This document shows positions 58,171-64,000 of a stretch of DNA of 64,000 nt, one piece after another. A program made the position numbers and the translations under genes. Source of the DNA: an uncultured Micavibrio sp. (lineage in GTDB: Bacteria > Pseudomonadota > Alphaproteobacteria > Micavibrionales > Micavibrionaceae). The stretch is from contig CAYNRY010000001.1 of NCBI GenBank assembly GCA_964399985.1, positions 1,054,027 to 1,118,026 on the forward strand, given 5' to 3'. The notes beneath the pieces were generated by a model. The model searched no databases. It was not told the origin of the DNA and saw only the letters and a program-made list of their open reading frames with translations. Each line of letters opens with the position of its first letter. Within the stretch, counting starts at the first letter, position 1.

Positions 58171-59634
58171 CTAATTCCCCCGAAGCGCAGCCAACCTGTC
58201 ATAAACCTGTTCACGCGAAAATCCACCAGATGAAGGCTCTCCATTTACCGAATAAACATCAAGCGCCTGCTCATAGAACTTTATCGCATTTGCTCTATCT
58301 TTAAGACGGTCGTAAATAACGGCCATGTTAAAATAATGAAGAGGATTTTCCGGCTGAAGCGTAACCGCCGCGTTCAAATGCTTTAATCCATCCTGAGGAT
58401 TGCCGGATTCGGCAAAGGCAAGTCCAAGTTGAGCTGCCACGGCAGCGCTCCGTGGATATCTTTCCTTCAGATCAAGCAAATTCTGCAATGCAACCGCTGG
58501 CTGCGTTTTACCGACGAGTCCCATCAGATTGGTGAGCGCCTCCGGATTATCAGGTTCGATATCAAGTATATGCCTGTAACCTTCGATCGCCTTTTGTGTT
58601 TCTCCGAGCTTCTGCAATGTAACGGAACGTCCCATCAAGATACGCAAATCATTGGGGTTCTTTTTATAAACTTCATTATAAAAAGCCAGAGCCGCCTCGT
58701 TATTGCCGAGACTCGCTGCCCTGCTTGCATTCACAAGTCGAGATTCGATTATCTCATTATCCTTCCCTCTCTCGACAATCATTTCATTACCATCGGCATT
58801 ACCTTTATGGACGATGATAATGCTTTGTCCCGGCTCCAATTCTGGATTGATGCTCGGCGGCGGAATATCTCTTAAAGCTTTCCCTTTAGGGGCGTCAAAA
58901 TAAACAGTCGCGGGGACGTTATCTTTTTTCTCAACCTTCTTGGGAAGGTTTATCGTTTCTCTTGCCGCCTCAAGTTCATTTTTTGGTTTTGGTTCAGGCT
59001 TCGTGGATGTTACCGGAGCGAGATTATCTTGCGCAGGGGGTGTCTGGGATTCTTCTGCCTCGGTAATCTTTATTTCTTCTGTCGGAGCGGGCTCTGACTT
59101 CGCTTCTTCAGCTTTTATCGCAGCGACAGCATCCTCTTTCTCCGAGATCGTCGGCGCTGTGTTTTCAGAAATCGGCATTACCGGAGAAGCAGAAATATTT
59201 TCACGGATAGCGGGAACATCCTGCCCTGCAATTTCACTTAAAGGAGCATCTTGATTTAAAACCATAGCTTCAGAATCACCGGAAACCGCAGGTTGCTCAA
59301 AATCACTGGCAGGCGTGGGTATAACTCCTTGGGCATTCTCAATGGGCGCGCTTTCAGAAACAGGCGTCGGTGCAACCGCGGAAACCGTAGGCTGAGGTAA
59401 AATTGCATTTTCTTTATTGTAAAAGTAAAAGGAAGCCCCTGCCAGAAGGGATAGTATAATTATTCCGCCCCCTAAAATTCCCGAAGTTTTTTTCCGCTTC
59501 TCGGGATGCGTAAAAATATTGTCATCATCATCATCATCGAAATCATTTTCATCTGCCAAATCGCTTGCTGACAGATCGTCTGCTGTATCCAGCTGGTCAT
59601 CGTCTAGGTGAAGGTCTTTATCGGAATCGATCAT
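58171..59634 (-). CDS. Bitopic TPR-repeat protein with a poly-acidic N-terminal tail
   Basis: 487 aa. Asp-rich N-terminus (…NDFDDDDDDN…), one TM helix (GILGGGIIILSLLAGASFYFY), Pro/Ala/Glu-rich linker, about 5 C-terminal TPRs. Confidence 0.8.
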   Translation of the reverse strand: MIDSDKDLHLDDDQLDTADDLSASDLADENDFDDDDDDNIFTHPEKRKKTSGILGGGIIILSLLAGASFYFYNKENAILPQPTVSAVAPTPVSESAPIENAQGVIPTPASDFEQPAVSGDSEAMVLNQDAPLSEIAGQDVPAIRENISASPVMPISENTAPTISEKEDAVAAIKAEEAKSEPAPTEEIKITEAEESQTPPAQDNLAPVTSTKPEPKPKNELEAARETINLPKKVEKKDNVPATVYFDAPKGKALRDIPPPSINPELEPGQSIIIVHKGNADGNEMIVERGKDNEIIESRLVNASRAASLGNNEAALAFYNEVYKKNPNDLRILMGRSVTLQKLGETQKAIEGYRHILDIEPDNPEALTNLMGLVGKTQPAVALQNLLDLKERYPRSAAVAAQLGLAFAESGNPQDGLKHLNAAVTLQPENPLHYFNMAVIYDRLKDRANAIKFYEQALDVYSVNGEPSSGGFSREQVYDRLAALRGN

Positions 59635-59710
59635 GGTATAATTTTTTCTGGGAAATGGAATCGTCCTGTAACTTTATACGCGAACGCTTTTTTTGCAAAG
59701 CGGGATCTAA

Positions 59711-60457
59711 TCATGCAGCCCCCCGGACAGCGTCATTGGCATTATTGACAATATGCAGAAATGCTCGTTCAAGGCTATTTTCATTCATTTGAGTTTTAAA
59801 GCCCGACGGGGTTCCACTGTAATGAATCACTCCATCATGAATAACCGAAATATTATCACAAATCTCATCCATATCAGCCAGAATATGGCTCGATAGAATA
59901 ACAGTCCGCCCCTCGCCTTTTACTTTCAATAAAAGATTTTTAACTAAGGCTCTTGCTAAGGGATCCAGACCGCTCATCGGCTCGTCCAGAATAAGAACGG
60001 AACAACCGGTGAGAATGGTGGCAATAAGCCCTAATTTTTGACGCATGCCCTTGGAATATGTTTGAACTTTGCGGGATAAAACAGACGGATCAAGCGCCAA
60101 GCCTGAAGCATATTCTTCCATCAAAGTTTTTTCGACTTTACGGTTATATAATTCGGCAGAAAACTTTATAAATTCGCCTCCCGTCAAAAACCATGGCGGA
60201 TCGAATCTTTCCGGTAGATAGGATATTTGCGACTTAACCGATTTATTATTTCTATCCGCATCCAGAATGCTTATATTTCCAGAAATTTCACCTTTAAGAC
60301 CGAGTAATATCTTGATCAATGTCGTTTTACCCGCGCCATTCAAACCGATAAGCCCGTAAGTTTCGGCTTTTTGAATCCCCATACTGACGCCATGAAGGAC
60401 CTGCCGCTTATCATATGCAGCCTTAAGGTTTTCAACATTTACAACGATATTACTCAT
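59711..60457 (-). CDS. ABC transporter ATP-binding protein (ABC-2 subfamily type)
   Basis: 248 aa. Walker A GLNGAGKTT, signature YSKGMRQKLGL, Walker B VLILDEP, H-loop SSH. Confidence 0.9.
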   Translation of the reverse strand: MSNIVVNVENLKAAYDKRQVLHGVSMGIQKAETYGLIGLNGAGKTTLIKILLGLKGEISGNISILDADRNNKSVKSQISYLPERFDPPWFLTGGEFIKFSAELYNRKVEKTLMEEYASGLALDPSVLSRKVQTYSKGMRQKLGLIATILTGCSVLILDEPMSGLDPLARALVKNLLLKVKGEGRTVILSSHILADMDEICDNISVIHDGVIHYSGTPSGFKTQMNENSLERAFLHIVNNANDAVRGAA

Positions 60458-60460
60458 GAT

Positions 60461-61087
60461 TTAGCCTGGCATGAAAGTTTGAGCATCAAGATTGAATGTT
60501 TGGTTAGGGCGCAATCTGATCGGAAAAATTTTATTACTTTTTATATCAAACCATTTTAGTTCGATAAAATCTTTATACACCCGAAGATCTATTGCCTCTT
60601 TCGGCAGATTTGCCGCTGTAATCCGGCGATTATTAAGCCAGATTGTCCAATCGTCTGGGGTAATAAATACGATGCCGCCAAGAGACAAGGCTCTGGCAGT
60701 GATGCTTGCCTCAGCAGCAACCGGCTCATCCCTTTGTAAACTTAGTCTTTCGCCAATATCCTCTGCCGGACTTCCATCATCCATCACGTTGGTGTTAAAA
60801 CCACTGCGCGCCTCGCGAAGCAATGCCTGTTCATTCGGATTGAAAAACAAGGATTGTATCGCCGGCGGCGTATATATTTCTTTTTTATACTTTTCTTTTA
60901 GTTCTTGCTCGATGTGCTTTAAAATAAGGACTTCAGGCGCAAGCGTATTTGCCAGGACTCCCAATTGCGATGGCTGAATCTGCGATTGCTTTAATTGCTG
61001 CGGAAGATCCTGCGCATAGGATATATGCCCTATGCCTAGCGAGGCACATATCACTACATATGAGAGAAAACTTCTTTTCTTAATCAT
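60461..61087 (-). CDS. Secreted hypothetical protein in the PilP/MshK position
   Basis: 208 aa. Signal peptide, Gln-rich linker, beta-rich C-terminal domain. Assignment rests on position and architecture only. Confidence 0.45.
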   Translation of the reverse strand: MIKKRSFLSYVVICASLGIGHISYAQDLPQQLKQSQIQPSQLGVLANTLAPEVLILKHIEQELKEKYKKEIYTPPAIQSLFFNPNEQALLREARSGFNTNVMDDGSPAEDIGERLSLQRDEPVAAEASITARALSLGGIVFITPDDWTIWLNNRRITAANLPKEAIDLRVYKDFIELKWFDIKSNKIFPIRLRPNQTFNLDAQTFMPG

Positions 61088-61761
61088 TGCGCAGCCCCCT
61101 CAGGTGAGCTTGACTGACTAGCCGCGGTTGTCTCCGGAGAGACGGAAGATCTCGCCGCCATTGTCTTCCATTCAAGCTCAATCGATGTCTTGATAAGATT
61201 AACGGCTTTTCCCCGGTTAATATTGCGCAGAGTATCTGACGTAAGCTTTTCAGCTTTGGACATTCCAAGCCGCGTAAGATCGATCTTTCCCGGATATCTT
61301 TCCTGTATCAATTTTATAAAACTGTAAACATCCGTATCTTCAAGGCTGTCCAGTTCGACTTTGATCGGGCTTGTCAAAATAACATATCCGGCTTCACTGG
61401 CACGGGGATCTTCAATTAATTGTCCGGTGGCGATACTGTATTTTGCGATGATAACACCAGATGCGGCGCGAATTTTTTCAAAATTCGTCTGCGCTTCAAC
61501 CCTGCCCTGATCGTTAAAAAAGCCTCTCGCTTCTATATCCTTGAAATCTCTCAATTGCGTTTGCAATAAGGCATATTCCTCTTTTAACTTCTGGATTTCG
61601 ACCCGCTTTTGTTGCAAGGCTGATTTTGCCGTGCTTAAAACGCCTTCAGCCTCAATTTTTTGAGGAATGAGATATTCATATAATGAATATGCCGAGCCAC
61701 CGCAGAGCAATACCAGCCCTGCCAAGACGATAAGTCTATTTCGCCCCAGTATTTCCAGCAT
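61084..61761 (-). CDS. Bitopic coiled-coil protein, PilO/MshJ/GspM-like
   Basis: 225 aa. N-terminal TM helix (LIVLAGLVLLCGGSAY), coiled coil (QQKRVEIQKLKEEYALLQTQL), alpha/beta C-terminus. 4-nt overlap downstream. Confidence 0.5.
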   Translation of the reverse strand: MLEILGRNRLIVLAGLVLLCGGSAYSLYEYLIPQKIEAEGVLSTAKSALQQKRVEIQKLKEEYALLQTQLRDFKDIEARGFFNDQGRVEAQTNFEKIRAASGVIIAKYSIATGQLIEDPRASEAGYVILTSPIKVELDSLEDTDVYSFIKLIQERYPGKIDLTRLGMSKAEKLTSDTLRNINRGKAVNLIKTSIELEWKTMAARSSVSPETTAASQSSSPEGAAQ

Positions 61762-63370
61762 TTACAATTTCCTTTTTGATTTCAATTTCCCCGGTATAGA
61801 CATCAGAAGCTTTTCTGCGTTCAGCACTAATACCCGTTTCGCTTATAACGGTTCCGGTATAGGTCAAATCTGCCAATTGTTTTAAGACCGTGACACTATA
61901 TCCGTTTAGTTTCTGCGTAAGCCTGTTGCTAAAATTCTCCAATTGCTTGTTGCCATCCTGAGGCTTTGTCGTGCCCGGGAATGTAAACTTTAGAATAATT
62001 CTGATAGCCTTATTATTAGCGGCACTTCCGTCGGCATTGACCGCGCCCGTCGTATTAGGCGCCTCGCTTTGATCAATTAAAATCTCGTCGATGCGCAAAT
62101 CTTTTAATTGCGCGCCTATTATTTCGAGAGCCGGAAGAGGATCGAACGTCATCTGATCGAAATTCTTATATATGGATATAGAGCTTTGAATAAGCTTGAT
62201 ATCTATACCGAGCGACTCTTTGCGCTTGATCTCTTCCTGATAAATCTGATCGGCAAGGACCTGCATTCTTTGTACTTCAGCAACATTCTGCTTTGCTGCG
62301 TTTATTGCCTGATATTCGGTCGACAGGTTGAATAGGAAATAACCCATTGCAGCTGTCAATATTAGTGCAGCCAAAAACGCAGCTTTGCGCGGCTTGGAAA
62401 TACTCTCGATTTCCCGGGACTTCATCGGCATAGATGGACGAAGTTTTTTCGCAAACCAAGCGACATGTAAGGCCTCGGCATAATGAGGATCCAAATCCCG
62501 TCCGACATTCAATCCAGCGAGCTCAGCGGCTCTTTGTAATGTCAGCAGATGAAATTGGCAGCGGATATTGAGCATACCCTCAACCAGCGCGCCATAATCC
62601 GGTTTCGCCACCATCATAATGTCAAGCCCGTCATTCTGAGTGTAGCCAAAACGCGCCAGATAGCTGATGGTCGACTGTATCTCCTGAACGACATCGGATG
62701 CCCATTGAGCACCGTTACCCTCTACTGGTTGAGATACGGGGGTAATACGAGTCAGGGCAATCTGGTCGCCTTTAATAACAACCTGACGTAATCCACCACC
62801 ATGATGCTGACCGATCAGGATCGACCATACCGATCTTTCCGTTTGCCGGTTTTCCTTGGCCAATTTGGAAGATAATTTTTCAACCAGTTCAACCGATTCC
62901 ATCGGAAGCAAACAATAGCTTGAGACAGTGCAGTCGGATCGCTTGATAGCATCAAGTAACTTTCTCAGCGCGTCCGTCGAAGGCACCGCTGAAAATAAAT
63001 ACAAAGTTTCCTGATCGCCTGATTTTTTCTTTTTACTTTTGTCTTTTATTTCCACAAAAGCGCGTGTCGGATAGCTCGGAAACGCCATATTAAGACGACG
63101 GGCTATGATATTCTTTTTATCGACTATATTGAGTTTGCCCACCTTTTCCTTACGGTAATGCTGCTCAACGGTGTCATTAAGGATATATATAGAGCCTGTT
63201 CCGGCCTCGCGGTTGAGGACATCGGCCACATTCACTTCAAAGTCGGGCGTTCGCCAACCAAAATTATGGACAAGATTCGCGCTTCTGGAGCTGACTTTGT
63301 AGATACAAAGCGAGTCGTCCGTAAGTAGTAAAACGCATTTTGCAGCTGAAATAAACGACAAGAGAACCAC
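61736..63370 (-). CDS. Fused PilM-like (cytoplasmic) / PilN-like (TM plus periplasmic) protein, MshI/GspL-type architecture
   Basis: 544 aa. Cytoplasmic domain of about 335 aa, one TM helix (AAFLAALILTAAMGYFLF), coiled coil, periplasmic domain of about 130 aa. 26-nt overlap with the next gene. Confidence 0.5.
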   Translation of the reverse strand: MVLLSFISAAKCVLLLTDDSLCIYKVSSRSANLVHNFGWRTPDFEVNVADVLNREAGTGSIYILNDTVEQHYRKEKVGKLNIVDKKNIIARRLNMAFPSYPTRAFVEIKDKSKKKKSGDQETLYLFSAVPSTDALRKLLDAIKRSDCTVSSYCLLPMESVELVEKLSSKLAKENRQTERSVWSILIGQHHGGGLRQVVIKGDQIALTRITPVSQPVEGNGAQWASDVVQEIQSTISYLARFGYTQNDGLDIMMVAKPDYGALVEGMLNIRCQFHLLTLQRAAELAGLNVGRDLDPHYAEALHVAWFAKKLRPSMPMKSREIESISKPRKAAFLAALILTAAMGYFLFNLSTEYQAINAAKQNVAEVQRMQVLADQIYQEEIKRKESLGIDIKLIQSSISIYKNFDQMTFDPLPALEIIGAQLKDLRIDEILIDQSEAPNTTGAVNADGSAANNKAIRIILKFTFPGTTKPQDGNKQLENFSNRLTQKLNGYSVTVLKQLADLTYTGTVISETGISAERRKASDVYTGEIEIKKEIVNAGNTGAK

Positions 63371-63377
63371 TTACCTG

Positions 63378-64000
63378 TTAGAAATTCATATTTTCAAAGC
63401 TACCATAAATCGGGCCGAACACCCCAGCAGCGATCCATAGGATCATACCTCCAAGCAGTAAAGTCAATGCCGGTTCGATCATCGCGATCATACCTTGAAC
63501 AGCTTCATCGACATCTTTTGTGTAAAACTCGGAAACCTGGTCGAAAACGGGAGACAGATTACCCGACTCCTCTCCAATCCGCACCATCCTGACAACCAGA
63601 GTTGGGAATTCACCTGAAGCATTAAAACCTTCGGAGAGAGTGGACCCAGTCTGAACTTTGTTGAGCGTCAATTCCAGCGCCTCATTCAAACCAAGATTCG
63701 AAATAGTATCCTGTGCCGCCTTCAGGCAATTTACAACTGGAATACCACTTGAATACAGCGCCGCAAAGGTCTGAGAATAACGCGCAATATTAATTTTCTT
63801 GATTAGATTTCCGGCTACCGGCAATCTTAGAAAAGCAATATCGGCGCGATAAGCAAAATCCGCAGACATCCTTCTCAGGATTTTATATGCAATTACAATA
63901 ATGACCGGAGCAAACAGAATAACCCACCAATACTGCTGGAAAAACGTCGATGTTGCGACAAGCGCAATGGTATAAAATGGTAAATCCTGCCCCAGATTGG
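63378..64000 (-). CDS. pilC: Type IV pilus platform protein PilC/GspF family, C-terminal part (5' end beyond the window)
   Basis: The frame is open from 63378 to the window edge. Hand translation upstream of the track's Met gives ..YWWVILFAPVIIVIAYKILRRM... Motifs FPTLVVRMVRIGEESGNL and IEPALTLLLGGMILWIAAGVFGPIY. Confidence 0.9.
   Translation of the reverse strand, partial: NLGQDLPFYTIALVATSTFFQQYWWVILFAPVIIVIAYKILRRMSADFAYRADIAFLRLPVAGNLIKKINIARYSQTFAALYSSGIPVVNCLKAAQDTISNLGLNEALELTLNKVQTGSTLSEGFNASGEFPTLVVRMVRIGEESGNLSPVFDQVSEFYTKDVDEAVQGMIAMIEPALTLLLGGMILWIAAGVFGPIYGSFENMNF

Overview
This is 64 kb of a compact bacterial chromosome, mostly coding. Hand counts suggest about 45-55% G+C in core genes. 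Gene content and local synteny look alphaproteobacterial: dapF-mtaB-ftsY lies divergent from ffh-rpsP-rimM-trmD-rplS, and the window also holds fdxA-carD, bolA-J protein-cobS-cobT, aroK-aroB, a TauE plus TIGR02186-like pair, a DUF2336-like gene and rpoH. The exact lineage cannot be determined from the sequence alone. Positions 1-50.7 kb are mostly housekeeping genes (aroBK, xerD, accA, hisS, clpX, phr, pgk, amn, leuCDB, ppa). A few AT-rich accessory-looking genes interrupt them. I recognised no rRNA, tRNA, CRISPR array, transposase or phage gene. Two things stand out. (1) Positions 50.75-64.0 kb form a single-strand, 13-gene type IV pilus-like supercluster of unusual design. It has a fused PilM/PilN-like protein, a probable lipoprotein secretin with a long disordered insert, pilT plus pilU inside the assembly operon, and a prepilin-peptidase homologue that keeps only the N-terminal Cys-rich domain. 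It also carries a split ABC-2 transporter and several proteins with no recognisable family. The window edge cuts the cluster inside pilC. (2) A family of 63-88 bp double-hairpin, MITE-like palindromic elements (GTCATTCC..GGAATGAC termini) occurs at least 11 times. Copies sit inside the rpsP-rimM operon and over a gene start, and compensatory stem substitutions are visible between copies. Smaller observations include a CarD with a roughly 170-aa histone-like N-terminal extension, Ala/Lys/Glu tails on S16 and L19, an AT-rich orphan gene splitting dapF-mtaB, an AT-rich insertion-domain segment inside hisS, and a second unlinked paralogous pilin. All functional calls come from reading the translated ORFs and motifs. 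No database search was run.
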